Below, piece after piece: positions 1 through 8,061 of a stretch of DNA of 24,000 nucleotides. Location of the stretch: positions 10,888 through 34,887 of the forward strand of contig JAKATK010000014.1 in the NCBI GenBank assembly GCA_021827995.1, given 5' to 3'. The position numbers and the translations under genes were made by a program. Source of the stretch: Candidatus Micrarchaeota archaeon. GTDB lineage: Archaea; Micrarchaeota; Micrarchaeia; Micrarchaeales; Micrarchaeaceae. A model generated the notes under the pieces. The model was not told where the DNA came from. It searched no databases and was given only the letters and a program-made list of their open reading frames with translations. Numbering within the stretch: position 1 is the first letter of the stretch; each line of letters starts with the position of its first letter.

Positions 1-774
1 CTATTCGGCGTAGTGATAATAATCGCATATGCCGCGTTCACATATCTCTACGGCGACAAGTTCGTGCTTAAGATGTCCGGCGCCAAGCCGGCTGACAGGA
101 ACCAGTACCCAGAATACTTCAGCGCCGTAGAAGGGCTGTCTGCCGCAGCAGAGGTGCCGACGCCCAAGGTCTACGTCATCAACGACCCGAGCCCGAATGC
201 CTTCGCTACCGGGCGCAACAAGAAGGTTTCGGCGATAGCCGCCACGACAGGCCTGCTTTCGACGATGAACAGGCGCGAGCTCGATGGCGTGGTCGGCCAC
301 GAGATGTCGCACATAAGCAACAACGACATACAGTTCATGATGGTGGCGATAGTCTTCGCCGGCGCGATCGGAATCATCGCAGCCATATTCAGGGGCATGT
401 TCTTCTTCGGCGGCTTCTACGGAGGTGGCGGCAACCGCAACAACGGCGGCCTGCTCCTGCTTCTGGCTCTTGTCGTCGGCCTCCTGGCCCCGTTCTTCGC
501 GCTTTTGCTCCGCCTCGCCATATCGAGGCGCAGGGAGTACATGGCCGACGCAAACGGCGCCAGGATGACTAGGGATCCGCACGCGCTCGCGGATGCGCTC
601 GGCAAGATACAGCAGTACACGAAAAGCCAGAAGGCACAGCCTGTCAAGCGCGCCAACGAGGTAACGGCATCGCTGTACTTCGCAAACCCACTCAGCGCCA
701 AGAGCGTTGCCAACCTATTCTCAACGCACCCGCCGATAGAGGAGAGGATAAAGAGACTGGAGAAGATGTACTGA
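1..774 (+). CDS. htpX: HtpX-like M48 zinc metalloprotease, 5' end cut by window edge
   Basis: Frame 1 is open from base 1 (track ORF 13..774). HExxH is present in GVVGHEMSHISNND, followed by a Gly-rich loop, hydrophobic segments and the C-terminal STHPPIEERIKRL typical of HtpX. Stop TGA at 772-774. Confidence 0.85.
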   Translation, partial: LFGVVIIIAYAAFTYLYGDKFVLKMSGAKPADRNQYPEYFSAVEGLSAAAEVPTPKVYVINDPSPNAFATGRNKKVSAIAATTGLLSTMNRRELDGVVGHEMSHISNNDIQFMMVAIVFAGAIGIIAAIFRGMFFFGGFYGGGGNRNNGGLLLLLALVVGLLAPFFALLLRLAISRRREYMADANGARMTRDPHALADALGKIQQYTKSQKAQPVKRANEVTASLYFANPLSAKSVANLFSTHPPIEERIKRLEKMY

Positions 775-829
775 GCGCTCCGCCAATCATGCGCGCTATC
801 CTGGGCGTTTCTGGCCTGCGCAGTTGTAT

Positions 830-901
830 AGCCCCAAGAGGTAATCGAAACCTCGACCTTCTGCTTACCATGCAGACGCTCTACCACTGAGCTACTGGGG
901 C
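830..901 (-). tRNA. tRNA-Thr (anticodon GGU), no intron, CCA not encoded
   Basis: The reverse complement folds by hand into a cloverleaf: acceptor GCCCCAG/TTGGGGC, D arm GCTC-AGTGGTA-GAGC, anticodon arm TCTGC-AT[GGT]AA-GCAGA, variable AGGTC, T arm GAGGT-TTCGATT-ACCTC, discriminator T. Total 72 nt. Confidence 0.9.
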
Positions 902-922
902 GCACGATATCTTGGCAGCGAG

Positions 923-933
923 TTTTTATAAAA
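923..933 (-). promoter_or_regulatory. TATA box (TTTTATAAAAA) for tRNA-Thr
   Basis: A/T-rich palindromic box centred about 27-29 nt upstream of the tRNA 5' end at 901, which is the canonical archaeal TATA-to-TSS spacing. Confidence 0.5.
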
Positions 934-945
934 CCGATAGCAGCT

Positions 946-1734
946 TCAGCCTCCGCCGCTCGTGTAGAACTTCAGGAGCCAGAGGCTGCCCCTGTAAAAC
1001 AGGTACGAAAGCACGATCGCTATAGCAGCGACCACCAGCACAGGCGTGTAGTCTATCTTCGAGAACATCAGCTCCGCCGGGTAGAACGAGGCTATGCCGA
1101 TCGGAAGGCCTACGGTGAGCAGGAAGATGCCGGTCACGCCGTATATGCCGAGCGGGTACTCGGCTGTCGACTTCGCTATGCTGACTATCCAGTGCAGGAA
1201 GTTGGCGCTCTTGAAGAGCACGTATGCGAGCATCGACATGAACACCATGAACAGCGTCACCGCCACGCAGCCGAGCGCGACCAGAGCCAACGCGGGTAAG
1301 ATGGCCAGCGGGTTCACCTGCAGCTGCGCAATCGAGTATACGAACAGGGCGAGCCCGCTCACGATGGAGCCGGTGGCAGCCACCCAGCCCTGGCGCGAGA
1401 GCACGAGCACTATCGGGTTGTACGGCTTGGTGAGCACCTGGTCGAAGGTGCCGTTCCGCATGTTGGTCACCAGGTTCCACGGGTTCACCAGGTAGTCGAC
1501 GACGCCGAGTATGGTGTTCGCCAGGCCCGACAGGGCAAGTATCTGGTAGTAGCTCCAACCGGCTATGCCGTTGGATACGCTGTATATCACGCTTATGCCG
1601 ACCACGCTCGCGAGCGTGGACAGCGAGAACACGACCAGCCATATCGCTCCCTGCGACCTGTATATCAGGAACGAGAGCCACTGGTAGCGCTGCGAACTCA
1701 AGAATATCCTCAGGTTCCTAGCTACGCCGAACAC
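946..1734 (-). CDS. ABC-2-type transporter permease subunit (uncharacterised ABC system)
   Basis: 262-aa polytopic hydrophobic protein. Its GTG start directly abuts the stop of the upstream permease (TGA-GTG), making it the last gene of the ATPase-permease-permease operon. From memory it resembles the COG4587/COG3694 permease pair. Confidence 0.7.
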   Translation of the reverse strand: MFGVARNLRIFLSSQRYQWLSFLIYRSQGAIWLVVFSLSTLASVVGISVIYSVSNGIAGWSYYQILALSGLANTILGVVDYLVNPWNLVTNMRNGTFDQVLTKPYNPIVLVLSRQGWVAATGSIVSGLALFVYSIAQLQVNPLAILPALALVALGCVAVTLFMVFMSMLAYVLFKSANFLHWIVSIAKSTAEYPLGIYGVTGIFLLTVGLPIGIASFYPAELMFSKIDYTPVLVVAAIAIVLSYLFYRGSLWLLKFYTSGGG

Positions 1735-2547
1735 TCATACACCCACGGTGTTTATCGCCATGTTCACCCTGGACCAGACCGTTCTGGCAGCAAGAGCCAG
1801 GATGGCCAGCCACACCAGGCCGGTTTCGATGCCGCCGAGCGCTTGCTGCGCCGTCACTATGCCGATGAGCGTGCCGGCAGGCAGGTAGAACAGCAGTGGG
1901 AACGGCGTCAGCATCAGTGCGCCGGCCACCTCTGCCGGGAAGAAGAGCAGCGGCACCACGCCGCCGCCCGCTATGCTGAACACCCACGAGATGCCCTCCG
2001 CTATGCCGTATATGTTAGTGAGGTACACCGCCATGCTGCCTATCATGAAACCTAGAAGGTTTATTATCAGGTAGCCGATGAGCAGCTCTGCAGCGAAGAG
2101 AAGCAGCGTCGATGCGCTTAGGCCGAAGCCGCCGATGAGCACTACCAGTGCCATGATCGGCAGCGACGCGAACAGGAAGAAGAGCAGGTCATAGGGCATG
2201 GCCTCCACGAAGAGCTGCTCGACGTAGCTCATCGGCCTTATCAGCAGCCTGGCTATCGAGCCCTCGCGTATGTCGTCCTGCATGTTGTTCACCACCTTGG
2301 GCCAGCCCAGTATCGGCGATATCGCGCTGAGCACAACGAAATAGGCGAGCATGCCGCTCAGCGTGAGGCCGTTCAACGAGCTTGTGTTCGAGAAGGAGTA
2401 CACAGCAGACCAGACGATTATGTAAATCAGCGATGACATTACCGAGAGTATGAGGGTCAGCACCAGGTCGCTCTTGTAGGCGAGCGTTTCCTTCATGTTG
2501 ACGCGCAGCACAGCCATGTAGGCGCGCAGCCGCCAGGCGCCGGTCAT
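1735..2547 (-). CDS. ABC-2-type transporter permease subunit
   Basis: 270-aa polytopic membrane protein. Its ATG (2545-2547) overlaps the TAA stop (2547-2549) of the upstream ATPase gene by 1 nt. Confidence 0.7.
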   Translation of the reverse strand: MTGAWRLRAYMAVLRVNMKETLAYKSDLVLTLILSVMSSLIYIIVWSAVYSFSNTSSLNGLTLSGMLAYFVVLSAISPILGWPKVVNNMQDDIREGSIARLLIRPMSYVEQLFVEAMPYDLLFFLFASLPIMALVVLIGGFGLSASTLLLFAAELLIGYLIINLLGFMIGSMAVYLTNIYGIAEGISWVFSIAGGGVVPLLFFPAEVAGALMLTPFPLLFYLPAGTLIGIVTAQQALGGIETGLVWLAILALAARTVWSRVNMAINTVGV

Positions 2548-3545
2548 TACACGTCACCCTTCTTGTTCCTCTTGTCTATCCTGTGGTACATCTGGTTCAG
2601 CATCGAGCTCAGGCCAGGCTCCGACAGCCTGAAGTCCCGTATGTTCCTGTCGCTGAGCATGCGCACGAACCACGACTGCCTCACCACCGAGGGCTTGACG
2701 CCTATCTTCATGTAGCCGTCGTTCGAGGTCATGACCCTGCCGAGCTTGGCGTAGGCTGACCTGTCCGCGCCCAGCTTAAGGTACAGCTCGAGTATGACGC
2801 TCTTCCTGAACTGCGACCTCATGCGCTCTTGCGTGCCGTCGAAGACCAGCTTGCCGTGGTCCAGTAGTATTATCCTGTCAACGCCGGCTATGTCATCGAC
2901 AACGTGCGTGGTTATCAGGAACGTTATGCCGCGCTCCCTCCTGAGCGACTGCACGGCCTCTGCTATCGCCATGCGCGACGGCAGGTCGACCCCGATCGTA
3001 GGTTCGTCCATGAACACCACTTCTGGCGCGTGCAGGTTCGCGGCCACGAACTCGCACTTCATGCGCTCCCCGAGGGATAACTGCCTCGTCTGCCTCCTGT
3101 AAACATCCTTGAGGGTTAGCGTCCCGACCAAGCCGTCGAGCCTCTTCTTGAACTCTGCCTCTGGTATGCCGTACATGTCCCTTACATAGTTGAACGTGTC
3201 TATGGGCGGCAGGTTCCAGAAGAGCTGCGGGTGCGTAGACCCGAAGACTATGCCGATGCGCCTGGCCAACCTTATGCGGTCGCGCCACGGGTCCATGCCC
3301 AGCACGCTGATCTTGCCGGAATCCGGGTGCAGCACCCCGGTCAGAAGCTTTATGACAGTAGACTTGCCGCTCCCGTTCCTGCCAAGCAGAGCTATTATCT
3401 CGCCCTTCTCGACGCCGAAGCTGACCCCGTTTACCGCGGTCTTGATCTTCTTCTTCCTGCCGAAGAGAGCCCCGGCTGCGCCCGTCTCGCTCTCGTAGGT
3501 CTTGAACCTCTTCACTATCGCGTCTAAGCGAATAACCTCTGCCAT
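2547..3545 (-). CDS. ABC transporter ATP-binding protein
   Basis: Walker A GRNGSGKST, ABC signature LSLGERMK, Walker B VVFMDEPT, H-loop TTHVVDD. A C-terminal extension of about 90 aa resembles COG4586-type ATPases (from memory). Confidence 0.9.
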   Translation of the reverse strand: MAEVIRLDAIVKRFKTYESETGAAGALFGRKKKIKTAVNGVSFGVEKGEIIALLGRNGSGKSTVIKLLTGVLHPDSGKISVLGMDPWRDRIRLARRIGIVFGSTHPQLFWNLPPIDTFNYVRDMYGIPEAEFKKRLDGLVGTLTLKDVYRRQTRQLSLGERMKCEFVAANLHAPEVVFMDEPTIGVDLPSRMAIAEAVQSLRRERGITFLITTHVVDDIAGVDRIILLDHGKLVFDGTQERMRSQFRKSVILELYLKLGADRSAYAKLGRVMTSNDGYMKIGVKPSVVRQSWFVRMLSDRNIRDFRLSEPGLSSMLNQMYHRIDKRNKKGDV

Positions 3546-3737
3546 GTGATTACCGCGACCAAGGAAAGGCAGCCAGCGTTGATACTGTGATGTGGCACGC
3601 GCGTACTAGCGGTGTGCAGGGCTGGCCATGTGATCATCCTTCAGACAGGTCACACTATCTTGCCTGGAAAAATTTAAATTGGTATCTGCGTGCTCGGCAT
3701 CTTTGGCTGAGTCCCGCGACGCGCCTAATCGAGGCAG

Positions 3738-3746
3738 GTATAAAAG
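3738..3746 (+). promoter_or_regulatory. Candidate TATA box (GTATAAAAG) for the aIF5A-S24e-S27ae cluster
   Basis: A/T-rich box about 46 nt upstream of ATG 3792, in the 246-nt divergent intergenic region. A second TATA-like TTTAAATT near 3672-3679 could serve the divergent ABC operon. Confidence 0.35.
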
Positions 3747-3791
3747 CCTTTCACAACAATAACGATAGGTTTCGGTTGATGATGTGGTAAG

Positions 3792-4193
3792 ATGAGCGAC
3801 GAGGTAGCCCACGCGTCCGCGAAGGACGTGAAGATAGGCCGCTACATGCTGATAGACGGCGTACCGTGCAAGGTTATCGATATAGAGACGAGTTCGCCTG
3901 GCAAGCATGGCTCGGCCAAGATGAGGATAACCGGCATAGGCATATTCGACGGCCAGAAGAAGACGCTGCTGCAGCCCAGTCACGGCGACATAGAGGTGCC
4001 GATCATAACCAAGAAGAAGACGCAGGTCGTGTCGATCAGCGGGGACAACGTGCAACTCATGGATTCTGAAACCTATGCTGTCTTCGAGCTGCCCATACCA
4101 GATGAGTTGAAGGGCAGGCTGGCTGCCGGCGCAGAAGTGGAGGTCATAGAGGCCATGGACAGGAAGGCCGTCTCTAGGATTCTAAGTGGTTGA
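3792..4193 (+). CDS. eif5a: Translation initiation factor 5A (aIF5A)
   Basis: Hypusination loop SSPGKHGSAKMRITGIGIFDG, SH3-like N-domain plus OB C-domain, 133 aa. Confidence 0.95.
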   Translation: MSDEVAHASAKDVKIGRYMLIDGVPCKVIDIETSSPGKHGSAKMRITGIGIFDGQKKTLLQPSHGDIEVPIITKKKTQVVSISGDNVQLMDSETYAVFELPIPDELKGRLAAGAEVEVIEAMDRKAVSRILSG

Positions 4194-4523
4194 ATGGAAA
4201 TAGAAGTGACCGCTCAAACGGAGAACGCCCTGCTGAGCAGGCGCGAGATAAAGTTCTATGCAGTCGGCTACGACGCCACGCCCTCGCGCGATGCGCTTAG
4301 GGCCGAGCTGTGCAGGAAGCTCGGGCTGAGCCCCGACGCCACGATAGTGACGAGCATAGGGCAGGACTTCGGCCTAAAGCGCAGCAGCTGCGTCGCCCAC
4401 TCCTACAAGAGCGCGGCAGACATGCAGAGGCTGGAGCCGAAGCATCTCATGGCAAGGATTAGCGGGGAGAAGAAGGAGAAGCCGAAGGAGAAGAAGGCGC
4501 CAGCTAAGAAGGCAGACGCGTAG
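4194..4523 (+). CDS. rps24e: 30S ribosomal protein S24e
   Basis: [16 protein letters not shown]...[17 protein letters not shown] pattern with a Lys-rich tail. The ATG immediately follows the aIF5A stop (TGA-ATG). Confidence 0.9.
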   Translation: MEIEVTAQTENALLSRREIKFYAVGYDATPSRDALRAELCRKLGLSPDATIVTSIGQDFGLKRSSCVAHSYKSAADMQRLEPKHLMARISGEKKEKPKEKKAPAKKADA

Positions 4524-4534
4524 GGTGCTTTTCT

Positions 4535-4681
4535 ATGGCAGACAAAAAGGCGAAGAAGGATTTCAAGGCGTACAAGCCAGGCAGGCAGTGCCCCAAGTGC
4601 GGCTCGCGCATGGCTGAGCATGCGGACAGGTTCGCATGCGGCAAGTGCGCCTACACCGAGTTCAAGAAGCGGCAGGCCTGA
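4535..4681 (+). CDS. rps27ae: 30S ribosomal protein S27ae (zinc ribbon), 48 aa; absent from the supplied ORF track
   Basis: Hand translation gives [48 protein letters not shown]. It has a CxxC...CxxC zinc ribbon and the conserved archaeal position directly after S24e. Confidence 0.85.
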   Translation: MADKKAKKDFKAYKPGRQCPKCGSRMAEHADRFACGKCAYTEFKKRQA

Positions 4682-4693
4682 GGCGTAGGATGC

Positions 4694-5386
4694 ATGGCCT
4701 CTAGCGGTGCACTACGCTCGCGTGCCAGCGCACGACCCGGTCGCTATTTCAGGCTCTTGGCAGCGTTGCTGGTCGTGGTCGCTGCATCCACCCTGTACTT
4801 CTCATACGAAGAGGCAGTGCTGCCCACCGGTTCGCCCTGGTTCCCGTCGGCTCTGGCAGGCTCATCCATATCGTTGTCGCTGATGTTGCCGCTCATAGCG
4901 CTCACATACCTGACTTCGAGAGGGCTGCCCCTCGCCGGCGCTCTGCGCAGCCTGGGCCTCGGCAAGGGCAAGCTGTCCATAACCGCCATAGTAACGATAG
5001 GCATAGGCGTCTTCCTGGCCATACTCGGCGTCGAGATAGCGCTGTCGCTTTTCCAGGCCGTGACGAACATAAGCCTGCCAACCAACGTGCAGAGCCTGCT
5101 GCAGGGTCAGGCGCTCTACTATATCGTGTTCGCTGCGCTGATAGGGCCGATAAACGAGGAGATATTCTTCAGGGGCTTCCTAGTCCCAAGGTTCGGAATC
5201 GTCCTTAGCGCCCTGCTCTTCATGATGTTACACAGCGGCTATGCATCGGTAGCAGAACTGATCGGCGCGTTCGTCTTCGGCCTTCTCGCAGGTTACGTGT
5301 TCAAGAGGACCGGTTCGCTCTACACCACGATCATAGGCCACATCCTGGTCAACAGCATGGCGCTGTTCTTCATCATGGCGATCTGA
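4694..5386 (+). CDS. CPBP (CAAX/Abi) family intramembrane metalloprotease
   Basis: Polytopic protein with the family motifs PINEEIFFRGF (EExxxR), MMLHSGY (FxxxH-like) and GHILVNS (HxxxN). Confidence 0.8.
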   Translation: MASSGALRSRASARPGRYFRLLAALLVVVAASTLYFSYEEAVLPTGSPWFPSALAGSSISLSLMLPLIALTYLTSRGLPLAGALRSLGLGKGKLSITAIVTIGIGVFLAILGVEIALSLFQAVTNISLPTNVQSLLQGQALYYIVFAALIGPINEEIFFRGFLVPRFGIVLSALLFMMLHSGYASVAELIGAFVFGLLAGYVFKRTGSLYTTIIGHILVNSMALFFIMAI

Positions 5387-6099
5387 TGCACATGCGCGTC
5401 GTCATGGTCGAGCCCAGGTACCAGATGAACGTCGGTTATGTGGCAAGGGTGGCGGCCAATTTCAGCGCCGAGAGCATAGCCATCGTGAAGCCGCGCTGCA
5501 GTTGCAAGGGCAAGACCGCGACCATGTACTCGAAGCACGCGAGGCCGCTGCTGGAGCGCGCGCGCATATTCGAGACGTTGCGCGAGGCCACAAAGGGCTC
5601 GTTCGTGATGGGCACCACAAGCAACTGGCGCAGGTCCGGTTCGGCCTTCCACAACGCCTTCACGCTTTCGGAATTCATTGCCCGCTTCGGCCCTGGCCTC
5701 ACTGGTCGTCGAGTCTCGGTCGTCCTCGGGAGGGACGACACCGGCCTTACCGCCGAGGAACTGGCCGACTGCGACGCAACCGTAACGATAGAAGCGTGCA
5801 GCTCATACCCTGTGCTAAACATATCGCATGCGCTAGCGGTCATCATGTACACGCTAGGCAGTGTCAAAGGCCGGCAGGAAGAGATGATGGATCATAGGGC
5901 ATCGGAGGCAGCGATAAGCAACCTCGCAAGGCTGTTCGAACGTCACATCGCGTCAAACGCCGACATACGGGACAAGGTGGCGGTAGCGATGGCGTTCAGG
6001 CACGTGATGAGCAGGTCGATGCCCACGCAGGAGGAGCTTGGCGCTATCGCTGCCGCGCTCTCACAAAAAAGGAAACAAGAAAGAATGCTTCGCCGTTAG
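5386..6099 (+). CDS. trmJ: SPOUT-class RNA 2'-O-methyltransferase, TrmJ/LasT-like
   Basis: VMVEPRYQMNVGYVARVAANF, VVLGRDDTGLTAEEL and the knot region YPVLNISHALAVIMY closely parallel bacterial TrmJ. The start overlaps the CPBP stop (TGATG). Confidence 0.75.
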   Translation: MHMRVVMVEPRYQMNVGYVARVAANFSAESIAIVKPRCSCKGKTATMYSKHARPLLERARIFETLREATKGSFVMGTTSNWRRSGSAFHNAFTLSEFIARFGPGLTGRRVSVVLGRDDTGLTAEELADCDATVTIEACSSYPVLNISHALAVIMYTLGSVKGRQEEMMDHRASEAAISNLARLFERHIASNADIRDKVAVAMAFRHVMSRSMPTQEELGAIAAALSQKRKQERMLRR

Positions 6100-6467
6100 C
6101 TCTGCTGCTTCCTGTTCTTTATTATCTTTACCTTGGCAGGCGTCAGCAGTATCTTCTCCTCATCTATGCGTGCTATGTCGCCGTTTATCTTCTGCACGTA
6201 GCCCTTGAGCGAGTCGATCAGTGACTTGAGGGTGTTCGGTCTCTTCGATATCTCCGATATGTTCATCAGTATTATGTTCTTCTTCTCGAGCTCAGCCTGT
6301 ATGAGCGATACGTCCTCCTCCCCCCTGAGAGCCACCGGCTTTATGTAGAAGTCCGCCGGCTCGTTCATGACGTCGACGTTCTCCATCTCTGCGGAGTTCA
6401 TGTACTCCTCCACATCGAGTTCCTTGGACGTGCCCAGCGTCTTGCCTAGTCTGTCAAAGATTCCCAT
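6096..6467 (-). CDS. sepF: Cell division protein SepF
   Basis: MGIFDRLGK N-terminal membrane-targeting helix followed by a DUF552-like core (YIKPVALRGEEDVSLIQAELEKKNIILMNISEI...GDIARIDEEKILLTP). ATG 6467 is preferred over the track TTG 6488 because GGGTG lies about 9 nt upstream. The 3' end overlaps the trmJ-like stop by 4 nt (convergent). Confidence 0.8.
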   Translation of the reverse strand: MGIFDRLGKTLGTSKELDVEEYMNSAEMENVDVMNEPADFYIKPVALRGEEDVSLIQAELEKKNIILMNISEISKRPNTLKSLIDSLKGYVQKINGDIARIDEEKILLTPAKVKIIKNRKQQS

Positions 6468-6526
6468 ATTCAGCACCCTTGTCGCCAAAACGGTTAGCTT
6501 TCTGTGTTAGGCTTTTTAATACTTTC

Positions 6527-6548
6527 GTGGTTGACTGGTGGTTGACTG
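6527..6548. repeat. Perfect tandem direct repeat 2 x GTGGTTGACTG
   Basis: Read directly: copies at 6527-6537 and 6538-6548 are identical. They sit just beyond the A/T box GCTTTTTAATAC (6511-6522) in the sepF/TRAM divergent intergenic region. Confidence 0.9.
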
Positions 6549-6654
6549 CCTCATCGCGCGTGCGTTCAAAATTGCGAATCGCGCCAATCATAAACGCCAT
6601 AGAAAGTTCTGCGGCAAGCCTCCCAGAAACGCATAATAATCTGGATTACAAAGG

Positions 6655-6915
6655 ATGAATTGGATTGGCGATTCTGTGACAAGCGTTCGTCCTATGGAAC
6701 CTGAACCGTTGCCTCCGTTCAAGGCAGGTGACAGGGTCTCTGTCACGCTGGATATGGTCGAGAAGGGCGGCAAGCATGCGTTCGGGACAGTCGATGGCCG
6801 CTGGGTCGTCGAGGTCGCTCCTTCATCCGGCAGGCCTGGGCTTGCCATAGGCCAGAGGGTCGAGGTCGTCATAACAGAGACACGGCCTGGCCACGCCAGC
6901 GGCAGGCAGGTGTGA
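6655..6915 (+). CDS. Small TRAM-like beta-barrel protein (module A)
   Basis: FKAGDRVSVTLDMVEKGGKHAFGTVDGRWVVEV...LAIGQRVEVVITETRPGHASG follows the standalone archaeal TRAM pattern (xGDxxxVxI...G.G.A...G..v.V.....iGq.V.V.I). The alternative start ATG 6694 (MEPEPLPP..., 73 aa) fits better with the TATA-like CATAATAAT at 6632-6640. Confidence 0.55.
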   Translation: MNWIGDSVTSVRPMEPEPLPPFKAGDRVSVTLDMVEKGGKHAFGTVDGRWVVEVAPSSGRPGLAIGQRVEVVITETRPGHASGRQV

Positions 6916-8048
6916 TGGTGGTTGTTTTGGCCGATATCATTGATGGGGGGTTCGTGGAAAAGGCGCCGACAAAGGCCACTGCGGATGTCGCCAGCGAGGA
7001 GACACCTGCTACAGTATCAGAGCCAGAAATAAACGAGAACGTTGACCAGGAGCGCTTCGCGGCCTTCAGGTTGTACGTCGAAGGGCAGATACGCACCACG
7101 CTGGACAGGTTACGGCCGCTATACAAGGATGCCCATGAGTCTATGCTGGGCAAGGACGCGATGATGACAGAGTTGAGGATGCCAAAGATAGTCGTATCGC
7201 AGTTCGAGAATCCAGGCGACCTATCCACACTTGCGCAAGCCGACTTCTCGTCCAACACGATAACCGTATTCCTGCCGCAGTTCAAGGAATTCTCCGATAT
7301 GCAGGACTCCAAGAGCGATAAAACGCGCGCCGACCTCAGGGCCAGCATCGAGACCACCCTAGGGCACGAGCTAGGTCACATGCTTATAGACCGCCTAATA
7401 TTCGATGCACGCATCAGCGGGAGGTACAACGACCGGTCGCAGTGGCCGCTCTCCTTCGTCTACGAGGGCAGCGGCAAGAGGATGCAGGAGGCTCTCGCCC
7501 AGGTCATCGGCACGTACGTGCATCTGTCGCTTGAGGGCCGCGAGACGGACTGCGCCTCCATCGCCGAGAATATGCTTGGCAAGCTCGCTAGCTCCTTCGA
7601 CGGTTGCGCAAGGTACCACAAGAACTTCATCGACCATTACGATGCAGAGATAAGGGACATGGGCATCGACGTCCTGCGCGACCGCCACGTCAAGGAGCCT
7701 ACTGACGAGGAGATAAAGCTTGCCGGGCTGGAGCGTTTCAAGGAGACCTGTGCATGCCAGACCAACTGGTACCTAGTCTACGGACTGCCGCGTGCCGGCC
7801 TTGCGTCGGCCATGGTGGAGCGCGGCAGCAGCAGCCTGGCCTCATTCATAAGCGATGCGTTGCTTAAGCCGGAGAGCCTCGGTCCTGCGATCAGCAACGA
7901 GATAATGGACGGTGACAACCACGTCGAGAGGTTGGACGCGGAACTGGGCAACGCGACGCTGGCAGCCAAGAACGAGATATTGTACAAGCGGTTCCTGGCC
8001 GCGAAGGAACTGCCCGCTGTCAAGCGTGCGCGCGCCGCCTCGTCCTGA
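6915..8048 (+). CDS. Hypothetical protein with HExxH...E (gluzincin-like) metallopeptidase signature (module A)
   Basis: 377 aa. TTLGHELGHMLIDRL is followed 36 residues later by RMQEALAQVIGTY. The HELGH context recalls ImmA/IrrE (M78)-type or MA-clan peptidases. An acidic, low-complexity N-terminus precedes it. ATG 6915 overlaps the TRAM-like stop TGA 6913-6915. Genome-typical ATA/AGG codon usage supports coding. I did not recognise a family. Confidence 0.55.
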   Translation: MVVVLADIIDGGFVEKAPTKATADVASEETPATVSEPEINENVDQERFAAFRLYVEGQIRTTLDRLRPLYKDAHESMLGKDAMMTELRMPKIVVSQFENPGDLSTLAQADFSSNTITVFLPQFKEFSDMQDSKSDKTRADLRASIETTLGHELGHMLIDRLIFDARISGRYNDRSQWPLSFVYEGSGKRMQEALAQVIGTYVHLSLEGRETDCASIAENMLGKLASSFDGCARYHKNFIDHYDAEIRDMGIDVLRDRHVKEPTDEEIKLAGLERFKETCACQTNWYLVYGLPRAGLASAMVERGSSSLASFISDALLKPESLGPAISNEIMDGDNHVERLDAELGNATLAAKNEILYKRFLAAKELPAVKRARAASS

Positions 8049-8061
8049 GCTGCGCAGCGCC

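Noticed and set aside
1-582. 193-aa minus-strand ORF antisense to htpX
   Set aside because: It is Arg/Ala/His/Glu-rich with no recognisable motif. It lies fully inside the well-supported htpX frame, as expected for a shadow ORF in GC-rich DNA.
417-905. 162-aa minus-strand ORF spanning the htpX 3' end and the tRNA-Thr gene
   Set aside because: It runs through a clean tRNA cloverleaf and is antisense to htpX. Its Ser/Arg/Pro-rich composition is not genome-typical coding.
926-1681. 251-aa minus-strand ORF in an alternative frame of the ABC permease gene
   Set aside because: The Arg/His/Pro-rich product contrasts with the coherent polytopic membrane protein in the 946..1734 frame. It lacks the ATA/AGG codon signature.
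3587-3790. 67-aa Trp-rich ORF filling the ABC/aIF5A intergenic region
   Set aside because: Its composition is unusual (W, H, R). It overlaps two TATA-like boxes of divergent promoters and has no RBS, so it is more likely promoter DNA.
3775-3852. C-box-like TGATGA near 3776 and CTGA near 3848 (possible C/D box sRNA)
   Set aside because: It overlaps the aIF5A start codon and coding sequence. There is no convincing C'/D' pair or terminal stem, so the short motifs are expected by chance.
8049-8058. Palindrome GCTGCGCAGC in the 13-nt gap between convergent genes (possible terminator)
   Set aside because: It can form only a 4-5 bp stem with essentially no loop and has no T-tract. It is too weak to call.
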